In this document: positions 1 through 7,979 of the stretch, in pieces
Position numbering within the stretch: the first letter of the stretch is position 1
How the letters are laid out: each line of letters begins with the position of its first letter
Assembly (NCBI GenBank): GCA_965233585.1
Contig: CBDDTI010000435.1
Coordinates: 1-32,471, forward strand
DNA from: a bacterium
Lineage (GTDB): Bacteria; SAR324; NAC60-12
Length of the DNA: 32,471 bases
Direction of reading: 5' to 3'
Program-made: the position numbers and the translations under genes
Notes under the pieces: generated by a model
Databases searched by the model: none
What the model was told of the DNA's origin: nothing
The model's input: only the letters and a program-made list of their open reading frames with translations

Positions 1-570
1 GCTATCAGTGTCTCTCATTACAAGCATGCGGAACGGTTTCCAAATTACTTATAGCTAAAGGAAGTAAATGTGGAAATGAAAAGTAGGAAATATGCAGTCA
101 TACATGGACGAATGAGATTGTGATCAGAAAATAGCTCTGCCATCAGTGTCTCTCATCGAAAGCATGTGAAAGGGCTCCCAAATTACCTATAGCTAAAGGA
201 AGTAAATGTGAAAATGAAAAGTAGGAAATATGCAGTCATACATGGATGATTGAGATTGTGATCAGAAAATAACTCTGCCATCAATGTCTCTCATCCAATG
301 CATGCGAAAGGGCTTCTAAATTACCTATAGCTAAAGGAAGTAAATATGAAAATGAAAAGTAGGAAATATGCAGTCATACATGGACAATTGAGATTGTGAT
401 CAGAAAATAACTCTGCCATCAGTGTCTCTTATCGAAAGCATGCGAAAGGGCTTCTAAATTACCTATAGCTAAAGGATGTAGATGTGGAAATGAAAAGTAG
501 GAAATATGCAGATATACATGCACGATTGAGGTTGTGATCAGAAAATAGCTCTGCTATCAGTGTCTCTCAC
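1..570. repeat. Host tandem repeat, 138-bp unit, ~4 copies (runs off the window start)
   Basis: ATCA(G/A)TGTCTCT recurs at 4, 142, 280, 418, 556; AAATGAAAAGTAGGAAATATGCAG occurs in every full unit. Confidence 0.95.
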
Positions 571-784
571 TGAAAACATTACTTTTTTAGATTTCTTTAA
601 CGATTTCTGTAATGTTTACTTCACATAGCATTAAAAAGAAAGAAGCAATGAGTACCCCCATAAAATACACAAAATTCTGGTTTTAAGTGCTCATTTGCAT
701 TGATGGTGCATAATAATGAAAATATGTGTAATAATTTGACAATTCTAGCTAAATGAAAATGATAAATAAATGATTTTTTGTCAA

Positions 785-1196
785 CCCATTTAAGCCGGCA
801 TTGTTCATATGAACATGCAAAGTGCCTTTTTTAAAATGACTATAAAACCCAAACCAAGTATCATATACACTCAAACTTTTTTTTGAATATGTTCCCCATA
901 TATTGAAGTAACTTTGATAAAAAAAAAGATTGGTTAAATAGCTGAAGAGACCTCTGAGTAGGGGGCAGTCAAAATCATGCTATTTTCCGCCGATGGCGAA
1001 ATAGCCACCTGCAAAAATTTGTTGCTGAATATTTTTTTTTTCTAGTTCCCCAAATGACTTGAAACTTTTACAGTATTTTTTTTTGACCTGTATAGGAAGG
1101 TTTGTGGGAATTTTTGACTTGATATTTAGATATTTAGGCATTGCAAAGTCATTCCAAACTTTGCATGTTCATATGAACAATGCAGGCTAATATGGG
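785..1196. mobile_element. MITE with 39-bp TIRs, piggyBac-like CCC...GGG ends
   Basis: 785-823 CCCATTTAAGCCGGCATTGTTCATATGAACATGCAAAGT is the reverse complement of 1158-1196 (3 mismatches); no coding capacity; flanks TCAA/TACA may be a decayed TTAA target duplication. Confidence 0.7.
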
Positions 1197-1256
1197 TACA
1201 AAACTGGCACATTTATAACAAAAAAAGAGCTCTTTTTTTGGCTTTAGCTTTAGCTT

Positions 1257-1501
1257 TAGTTTGAAATAAACAACTTGAATTCAATTTATGAGATACCTAA
1301 CAGTTCCTCAGTGAAGTATTATCATTGGGAGATAACTTCATGGCTTTTAAACTGAGATTTGGTTTCATACTTTCATATTTTCATTTGCTTTGGCGGAAGG
1401 GAAGTAAAAAACGAGCCGGTTTTTGTGGCTTTAGCAGGGTCAAATCTCTTTCAGTTTGAAATAAACTACTTGGATTCAATTCATGAGATACCTAACAGTT
1501 C
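1257..1501. repeat. ~50-bp imperfect direct repeat in the host flank; second copy cut by the Polinton left end
   Basis: AGTTTGAAATAAAC...GAGATACCTAACAGTTC at ~1258-1306 and ~1453-1501; the second copy runs straight into TIR sequence at 1502. Confidence 0.75.
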
Positions 1502-2039
1502 ACGGATGACGGGAGCCTGTTTTTAGATGTTTTCGGCCCGAATTCATCTAAAAAAATCTAAATGCGTTCTAAATTCATCTAAATTCATCTAGATGCGTTC
1601 TCGTTGCAAGCAAAACGTCAACTGATTCAATCTAAAAGCATCTAAATGCACACCGATTTCTGGTGCGTGCACCAAAAGTTTGGTGCCTGCATTGCTGTGT
1701 CTAATGCTGGCATGAAAAATTTGGTGCGTGCACGAAAAGTTTGGTGCCTGCATTGCCTCGTCTAATGCTGGCATGAAAAGTTTGGTGCGTGCATGAAAAG
1801 TTTGGTGCCTGCATTGCTTTGTCTAATGCTGGCATGAAAAGTTTGGTGCGTGCATGAAAAGTTTGGTGCCTGCATTGCTCTGTCTAATGCAGGCATGAAA
1901 AAGTTGGTGCACGCACTAAAAATTTCATGCACGCATCAAAATTTTACTTGTCTGCATTACTTTTTCTGGTGCCGGGATCTCAATTTTGACGCTGGCGTGA
2001 AATTTTAGATCCAGGCACCAGAATGTCAGCGGTCCATAG
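1502..2039 (+). repeat. Left terminal inverted repeat (538 bp, outermost bases missing)
   Basis: 1502 ACGGATGACGGGAGC... to ...CAGCGGTCCATAG 2039 is the reverse complement of 21593-22191. Confidence 0.95.
1661..1904 (+). repeat. 61-bp tandem array inside the left TIR (4 units), built of 20/21/20-bp subunits each with TGCnnGCA
   Basis: TGGTGCGTGC at 1661, 1722, 1783, 1844; partial unit from 1905. Confidence 0.92.
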
Positions 2040-2420
2040 TTGAGTAAATTGGAGAAAAGAAGCAGAGCTTTTTTCTTTTTTACCATAACTGGTGTTGCAA
2101 TGTCGCAATGTTCTTCTTCATTCTGTGTAAATTTTCTTGCTGTAATGGTACCAGTGAACGAGCGATTTTTATCAATAATTTAATGCGATTTTTATCAATA
2201 ATTTAATCAATTGTGTTTTTGTTTTTAGCACAAAAAGGTTTTATATAAATTTGATTTCTCGAAAAAAGTTGTATGGTTCCTTGGTATTTTTTACCATGCA
2301 ATTTTAATTTTTTCCAAAAATAACTTTTGAACTGACCGCGATTTTTTCTGGTGTTTTCTAGATAATATTTTTGCGCAAAGCAGATGTTTCCTTCTTTTGT
2401 TCTTTTATAAATTCTTCCCA

Positions 2421-2563
2421 TTTCTAGAACATTCCTATCATTTAGAAACAATTAGGATTGGAGGTATTTTGTAAAAGAATTTTTTAACAAGATAAATTTT
2501 TCAACCTGTCCGCAATTTTTTCTAGGGTTTTCTAGAAAGTTCCTTTGTAATAAGGTATATAAG
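2421..2563 (+). promoter_or_regulatory. Heat-shock elements plus TATA box upstream of ORF 2624
   Basis: Perfect three-pentamer HSEs tTTCtaGAAcaTTCc (2421-2435) and tTTCtaGAAagTTCc (2529-2543); TATATAAG at 2556-2563; ATG at 2624. Confidence 0.7.
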
Positions 2564-2623
2564 CAGCCTGAACATCACATTTCATTGCATTTCAAATCCA
2601 TCGCTTGAAAATTCAACATCATC

Positions 2624-3235
2624 ATGACTGACGAAACAGGAATTAGAGACATGACTGGTTATAGATCCATCATTCCTCCATTCCCAGAAACCCAGATGAC
2701 CGAGTCCTGGATGAAAAACGATAGTCAGTTGACAATAGCAAATTCTTCACCCGTTACAAACGATGAATCGGAAATTAGTGACACGAGTGGTTATAAAACA
2801 ATCATCCCTCCATTTCCTGAAACTCAGCCGACCGATGCCTGGATTGCCGATGAAAATCAACCAAAAATAGAAACTTCAAATCCATTGTCTTACACCGTAC
2901 CAAACTGTTTTAATTGGTCACCGTTGACGCACCAAAGGTCCTACCATGTTAAAAGCATCTTAGAGAATTTGATGGCAAACGTCTCTTACCTCGTTTTTGA
3001 GCTCGAAAAACTAAAGTTGAGTTTTCCTATTGATATGACTCGTGAAGATGCTCACAAAGAAGAAAAGTTATTGGAGAGATCGATTGAAAAATTTCGACAA
3101 ATGGCTAGACAGGCGAGAAAATTAAAGAGGGAAATTATGGGTATGTTAGAAGATGGGGTGTATGTTAACCCACAAAATTACAACCGCTCCAAATACTCCG
3201 CGGCCGCTTCTCTTGAATTTGAAATACAAGAATGA
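2624..3235 (+). CDS. Unknown accessory protein with duplicated N-terminal motif and C-terminal helical/coiled-coil region
   Basis: 203-aa ORF; D(M/T)(T/S)GY(R/K)(S/T)IIPPFPETQxT(E/D)xW twice; TATA upstream. Confidence 0.7.
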   Translation: MTDETGIRDMTGYRSIIPPFPETQMTESWMKNDSQLTIANSSPVTNDESEISDTSGYKTIIPPFPETQPTDAWIADENQPKIETSNPLSYTVPNCFNWSPLTHQRSYHVKSILENLMANVSYLVFELEKLKLSFPIDMTREDAHKEEKLLERSIEKFRQMARQARKLKREIMGMLEDGVYVNPQNYNRSKYSAAASLEFEIQE

Positions 3236-3486
3236 GTTCCCCGCGCGAAGACAATTATCAAGTGGCAGACGTGTCAAACGTTACCGCCGCCCCCAACATC
3301 ACAACGAACGCTATTAACAAGATTGTAATTAACACCTTGGATAAACTCCTATCGTCGTCAGATAATACAAGAACCTCAACCCCATTTATTATAATGGCAT
3401 TAATTTTTTTCTTGCTCTTTTCAACCGTAGGAGCATTCTACGCCGCTTGGTCAGAATCAGACAAATCAGAAAATGATAATGTTTAA
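3232..3486 (+). CDS. Small single-pass membrane protein
   Basis: 84 aa; ATGA overlap with the upstream stop; hydrophobic segment FIIMALIFFLLFSTVGAFYAAW. Confidence 0.6.
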   Translation: MSSPREDNYQVADVSNVTAAPNITTNAINKIVINTLDKLLSSSDNTRTSTPFIIMALIFFLLFSTVGAFYAAWSESDKSENDNV

Positions 3487-3553
3487 TCGCGTTTAAACTA
3501 GAAATACACATCAAAATTTTATTTTAATGTGCTCAAATACAGATCATTTTTTT

Positions 3554-5146
3554 TTATTTAGGGTTTTGTATGGCTAGATTCATCATGATTTTTTCATTTG
3601 TTTCAAAATTAATCAATTCTCCGTCAAGTCTTTTTAACTGAAAATGCAACAAATCCAGTCGACTTGTATTACACTTTATGTATTCCAAATTTTCAAAATG
3701 CGTCGTCACATAATTGTCTTGTTCCTCGGCTCTATTAATTGGTATAACTTTTAATACAGGGTAAAACTCGTCTCCAATTACCGAGTGATTGACGAAATTG
3801 GCATAGCAGATCATCACTCCCGGATATAGATAGTGCGGATCTAGACGTTCGTCACTTATAAATTGATTACTTTCATCCGCCAAAACAATGTCATCATCTT
3901 GACTTATTCCTAGCAATAATCTTATTTCATGCGGCACTCTTATCCTTACTACCAAGGAGCGATTGAATTGATTGCCGACCCGTTTTACTTTAAAACGGTC
4001 TTTATGCGCGGAAATTTGAATGAGACTTTGTAAATCTTTGCTCATACCATTATACATGGCCTCGATTAATTCATCCGTTGTTTTGATAAACCTTTTCTCA
4101 ATGCAAAAGCAAAATCGCATTGTTTCAATCATTACCCTGATTTTCACAGGTGGAAATGTTTCTGTTGGGTCAGGATTTTGCATTGGCTGTTGCGATATAA
4201 ATTCTTTTTTCTCCGGTCCCATAACAATATATTCTTCTTTGATTCCCAAAATGTTTTTAAATTCGGGCGGTATCAGCACTTTTACCTCAGGTGATTTAAA
4301 TTCGGCATCGTACGTCGTCGGTCCGGTGTAAATTACTCGAAAAAACATATCGGCCGATTCTTTTGTTTTCTCCGTTTGCCCAAATTCAACAAAATTACGT
4401 ACTACGCTGTCTCTTCCGTCGTTTAAGCAATTTAATAAATAAGCAATTGTTTTCCGCTGATCAAGTTTGACCTCGATTTCTTGCTTGAACGGGTCTGTAC
4501 TTACTTTAATTTTCTTATCAAAAACGCTTAACGGAACGCTGTTAACACGATTTGGAAAGGAGATGTCGGCTAAGGCTATTTTAGCTCCTTCGTTTAAATA
4601 AATGGGATGGCTCAAATGTACCTCGAAATTGTTGTTTTTCTGCGCGGGTTTTATGTTGTCGCCCATTTTTGAGTCGACGCGAATGTGCTTTGTCAAATAT
4701 GACATCGCTCGTTTTGTTTTTCGCAAATGAAGTAAAACTAGACTCGGCTGACCCGATTTTAGTTTTAGAAGTTTGTCGGATGCGTCTAAAAACTCAATGC
4801 CCACTGATTTTATTGAAGTGTTTTGAATAGGATAATATCGTATGTTGTTTAAAGTATGGTAGAAATATTTCCGTTTTTTGCTTGAAGGCAAGTCGGCCAC
4901 GCATAAGATGTGAGAATTCTCGTTTGAGCTTGTAGACACAATGTTGGATTTAACCTGCACCACGTCAAAAACAAAATCTTGTTTCACGTTTAAATGCAGA
5001 CCAAAAGCTACAACCCCAACTTCCCAATCTCTTCTTTTGTTTAATTCTAAATTTTTCGGTAAAAAATTGTTAAAACGCGTTAGCGTGTTTACGTAACAAT
5101 CAGTGCTTGCGTTTGAAATGCAATATATAAGATGTCCTCCTTTCAT
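3554..5146 (-). CDS. Minor capsid protein (penton, PX-like); two tandem penton-like modules
   Basis: N-terminal SNAS..Y.NTLT.F...LP..LEL...WEVG and C-terminal ICYANFV.HSVIGD...PVLKVIP...YI......L....FQL...DGELI.F motifs typical of Polinton pentons; both motif sets appear twice (aa 1-147 and 148-530). Confidence 0.8.
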   Translation of the reverse strand: MKGGHLIYCISNASTDCYVNTLTRFNNFLPKNLELNKRRDWEVGVVAFGLHLNVKQDFVFDVVQVKSNIVSTSSNENSHILCVADLPSSKKRKYFYHTLNNIRYYPIQNTSIKSVGIEFLDASDKLLKLKSGQPSLVLLHLRKTKRAMSYLTKHIRVDSKMGDNIKPAQKNNNFEVHLSHPIYLNEGAKIALADISFPNRVNSVPLSVFDKKIKVSTDPFKQEIEVKLDQRKTIAYLLNCLNDGRDSVVRNFVEFGQTEKTKESADMFFRVIYTGPTTYDAEFKSPEVKVLIPPEFKNILGIKEEYIVMGPEKKEFISQQPMQNPDPTETFPPVKIRVMIETMRFCFCIEKRFIKTTDELIEAMYNGMSKDLQSLIQISAHKDRFKVKRVGNQFNRSLVVRIRVPHEIRLLLGISQDDDIVLADESNQFISDERLDPHYLYPGVMICYANFVNHSVIGDEFYPVLKVIPINRAEEQDNYVTTHFENLEYIKCNTSRLDLLHFQLKRLDGELINFETNEKIMMNLAIQNPK

Positions 5147-5151
5147 ACTTG

Positions 5152-6261
5152 TTACGCCTGATTAATAACGCTATCTTCCGCAATCCAGCTAAGGTTTTTA
5201 TAGCCTTTCCACTTCACCAACACCAACTTCTGCCCGGTTCTTTTATCTTTCTTCCTTCTCACAATTTTTTCAATGTGAAATAATTTCGGCGGCTTGGCCA
5301 GAGTCAGCTCATTAGCATAAAAATTTCCCTCCACCGTCTCGTCACCGTCCAGAGTTTCCAGCTCGTATGTAGGTATGGGTAATCGCGTAAACACCCGTTT
5401 GATCTTGTAAATTTCTTCAGTAAATTGCTTATTGTAACCTCTGTCAAATTGAGCTCTGTAGTTACTTATTCTGACCGTCTGGCCTTTCTTAAATTTAGGC
5501 GGTCGCCTCTTTATTTTCGCATAAGCCTCTTCTTGTTTCATTCGGACTTTGGGAGCGTTTTTTGCTTTTTCCGCATCAGCTGGACTCATACCGATCATTC
5601 TATGTACGCGCGAGTTATACGTCTTTACTAAAGATTGAAGCACGTGGATAAATCGATCCGTACCCCTAGATGTCATATATTTAAACATTAGACTTTTTAG
5701 AGATCTGTTAAATCTTTCCACAAACGGCGCGTGCACAAAGTTGTCGCTGTGTAAAAGAGTAATGCCTTTACGTCGACAGTAGTCTTTAAAAAATTTATTT
5801 TTGATCTCTAACCCTCTATCAGCTAGAATTTTTCGAGGCGGCTGGCCAGCCTTATTGACAATGGTTTTGAATCCTTGTAAAAAAACCAAAGCTGTCTTGT
5901 TTTTTATGGGTTCAACAAAGGCATATCTCGAAAAAATGTCGATCGCTGTCAGCAAGTAACGATAATTGTCATTCGCGTTTGCCATTTTCCCAATTTCAAC
6001 CAAGTCTATTTGGAATTGATATCTTTTGTAATAAACATAGGTTGGGTTCCTAGGTTTTGGAGCCTTAGGTTGTCGGTGCAGAGTATAGGTGTCCGACGCC
6101 TGCAGCCATTTCTTTATTTTATTTATGGGTATGGTCCCGTTAAAATGATTAAAAACGCGGTTCGGCGATGAAAAAGCAAAAGGCGAGCCGGGCGAAGTGT
6201 AAGCTTTTAAAAATTCGCGTTTAGTAATCATCCTCGTCGTCGTCGTTGTCGTCCTCAACAT
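5152..6261 (-). CDS. Retroviral-like (RVE) DDE integrase with C-terminal chromodomain
   Basis: FQIDL (D), ILADRG (D), VERFNRSLK (E); YTLH motif; chromodomain FHIEKIV...LVKWKGY...SWI; real start may be ATG 6231. Confidence 0.95.
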   Translation of the reverse strand: MLRTTTTTTRMITKREFLKAYTSPGSPFAFSSPNRVFNHFNGTIPINKIKKWLQASDTYTLHRQPKAPKPRNPTYVYYKRYQFQIDLVEIGKMANANDNYRYLLTAIDIFSRYAFVEPIKNKTALVFLQGFKTIVNKAGQPPRKILADRGLEIKNKFFKDYCRRKGITLLHSDNFVHAPFVERFNRSLKSLMFKYMTSRGTDRFIHVLQSLVKTYNSRVHRMIGMSPADAEKAKNAPKVRMKQEEAYAKIKRRPPKFKKGQTVRISNYRAQFDRGYNKQFTEEIYKIKRVFTRLPIPTYELETLDGDETVEGNFYANELTLAKPPKLFHIEKIVRRKKDKRTGQKLVLVKWKGYKNLSWIAEDSVINQA

Positions 6262-6649
6262 AAAACAGCGGTTTTTGTTTTGTTTTTCTTCTCTTACCGC
6301 TTCCTACCGCATGCGTGCTATTTTTTCTCTTGACCGGTCTCTTGGACGCCTGTGCAGGCCTACTCGCCTTACCAGCCAGTAAGATGTTTCTAGTCGCGGA
6401 TTTTAATCTCTTTTTCGCAGCGGCTCCAACTGCTTTGCCGTCCAAGGCTTCCAGTGCGGTGTCAATGGCCGCTCGTCCCGCCTCTTTTTTCAAATATCGT
6501 CCCGCGGATCTGACACCCTCGCTTCTCGCAATTTTACCGATTGTCTTTGCGGCGCCCTTCGCCACCGGAACCAACGACCGGAAAAGACTGCTAAAAATTG
6601 AACCTAATCCCGCCCCAGCTTGCACAGACGGACCACGGTGGTATCGCAT
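6221..6649 (-). CDS. Basic virion core/membrane-active protein (QxGxG plus amphipathic helix family of Polintons)
   Basis: VQAGAGLGSIFSSLFRSLVP N-terminus; K/R-rich body; acidic tail. Confidence 0.8.
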   Translation of the reverse strand: MRYHRGPSVQAGAGLGSIFSSLFRSLVPVAKGAAKTIGKIARSEGVRSAGRYLKKEAGRAAIDTALEALDGKAVGAAAKKRLKSATRNILLAGKASRPAQASKRPVKRKNSTHAVGSGKRRKTKQKPLFYVEDDNDDDEDDY

Positions 6650-6655
6650 ACTTTA

Positions 6656-7375
6656 TCAATTTTCAATTTTTTTGACGCACCTGCTTAAGGCCATCGGACT
6701 AACGCCTAATTGCTCGGCTAAACGCGATAAGCTTTTCGGCTTTTCCTGATCAACCCTACTCCGTTGTTCTCTTAAAAAGACGTGCGCGCATGCCGCGATT
6801 AGTGTTTTTGGCGAAAAAACAAACTTTTTTTCGTGTTGCTTTACTTTCTCTCTAATTTCCTTCAACTCCTTGTAGCTTAGATTTAAAGAGTGAAGAAAAT
6901 ATTCGCACATTAAATTTGGGCTGTAGAAAGAGTCGTCGTTTTTAAGATATTGCCACACTTTGTCCTGCTTGACGCCGGTTATGGCACATAAATCTTTCAT
7001 CGGTCGCGGCACCCCCGACTCTATAAGCGCGGTGTAGATGCACATTACCGCTAAACTTTCTAAACAAACACCTCTTTTCCCTCTTTTCCCGCTAGCGTCC
7101 CATTTTTTGGCGATGACGCGTTTTAAATCCGCGCATTCGATATTGCACTTATAGCATACCCTTTGCATTGTCTCATCAGTAAAATTGTTTTTGTCGCAAG
7201 TCACATCCTCGCTCATTTTCTCCGTTTTAATCGATTCGAGCCGATAGTCATACGGGGCATATAGCCGATCATGCATCACGAGCCCGCAATCTGTACATAC
7301 TTCACACCCGTTTGAAAAATCATCCACAATATTGTAATGAGAACAAGTCCTGTTGAAATTATGAAAACGAGGCAT
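6656..7375 (-). CDS. TFIIB-like general transcription factor
   Basis: Zn ribbon CSHYNIVDDFSNGCEVCTDCGLVM; cyclin-fold repeat 1 AVMCIYTALIESGVPRPMKDLCAITGV; repeat 2 SPKTLIAACAHV...SLSRLAEQLGVSPMALSRCVKKI. Confidence 0.9.
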   Translation of the reverse strand: MPRFHNFNRTCSHYNIVDDFSNGCEVCTDCGLVMHDRLYAPYDYRLESIKTEKMSEDVTCDKNNFTDETMQRVCYKCNIECADLKRVIAKKWDASGKRGKRGVCLESLAVMCIYTALIESGVPRPMKDLCAITGVKQDKVWQYLKNDDSFYSPNLMCEYFLHSLNLSYKELKEIREKVKQHEKKFVFSPKTLIAACAHVFLREQRSRVDQEKPKSLSRLAEQLGVSPMALSRCVKKIEN

Positions 7376-7418
7376 GTTTATTTCTCCGCACGCGCTGCAA
7401 AACTGAAACGCGAATCAA

Positions 7419-7979
7419 CTATCGATCGCTTTTATATTGTTTCAAAAAATCTATAATAAAGTCCAAACTATGTTTGACCGCATCTTCGGACTTGGCCCCG
7501 ATGATTACCATCTTGCCTGTGGAAAATATTAAAACCGTGTTGGCTTCAAAAGTCACAAACATGCCTGGGAAACGTTCGGGATTGAAGCGTACTTTTTTCA
7601 CGTAGCTCTCCTTCCGAAGTTTATCAAAAACGTCCGGCAGCGGTATCTCAAAGCCCGCACGAAAGGAACAAGTTAAATTGTTTATTTCCCATGTTTGCAC
7701 AAAGAAACGATTGCTGATAATGTCCGTCAGCAGACTTAACGATATTTTTATATCCGCTCGCGATGGCACTTTGGTAATATTGACATGATATGATTTGTTG
7801 TTTCCGCGGGTCTTGAAAATGGTGTAGACGTATTGTTTCCTCACTACCGTAAAATTACTAAAAACTTTTTGTGACACATCTTTATTTAAGGATAACGGCC
7901 CCTCATCCGTAAGAATAATTGTGCAGCTAAGCTTTATATTTGTCACAGTGACGTGCTCCGTGTTGTCTAGAAATGTCAT
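7419..7979 (-). CDS. TATA-binding protein (TBP)-like factor
   Basis: C-terminal repeat INNLTCSF..GFEIPL...FNPERFPGM....NTVLIFSTGKMVIIGAKSED is a clear TBP signature; N-terminal repeat diverged (VTNIKLS...NFTVV...YTIF...VNIT). Confidence 0.92.
   Translation of the reverse strand: MTFLDNTEHVTVTNIKLSCTIILTDEGPLSLNKDVSQKVFSNFTVVRKQYVYTIFKTRGNNKSYHVNITKVPSRADIKISLSLLTDIISNRFFVQTWEINNLTCSFRAGFEIPLPDVFDKLRKESYVKKVRFNPERFPGMFVTFEANTVLIFSTGKMVIIGAKSEDAVKHSLDFIIDFLKQYKSDR

Noticed and set aside
1403..1414. AGTAAAAAACG as the missing left terminus
   Set aside because: Short A-rich match 90 bp from the TIR, separated by host repeat sequence; probably chance.
1589..1774. 61-aa ORFs in both TIRs (also 21919-22104)
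   Set aside because: By-products of the 61-bp repeat array in mirrored non-coding TIRs.
1661..1904. CRISPR-like appearance of the TIR array
   Set aside because: No unique spacers, no cas genes, eukaryotic context.
2203..2451. 82-aa minus-strand ORF
   Set aside because: AT-rich promoter region, non-ATG start, low-complexity product.
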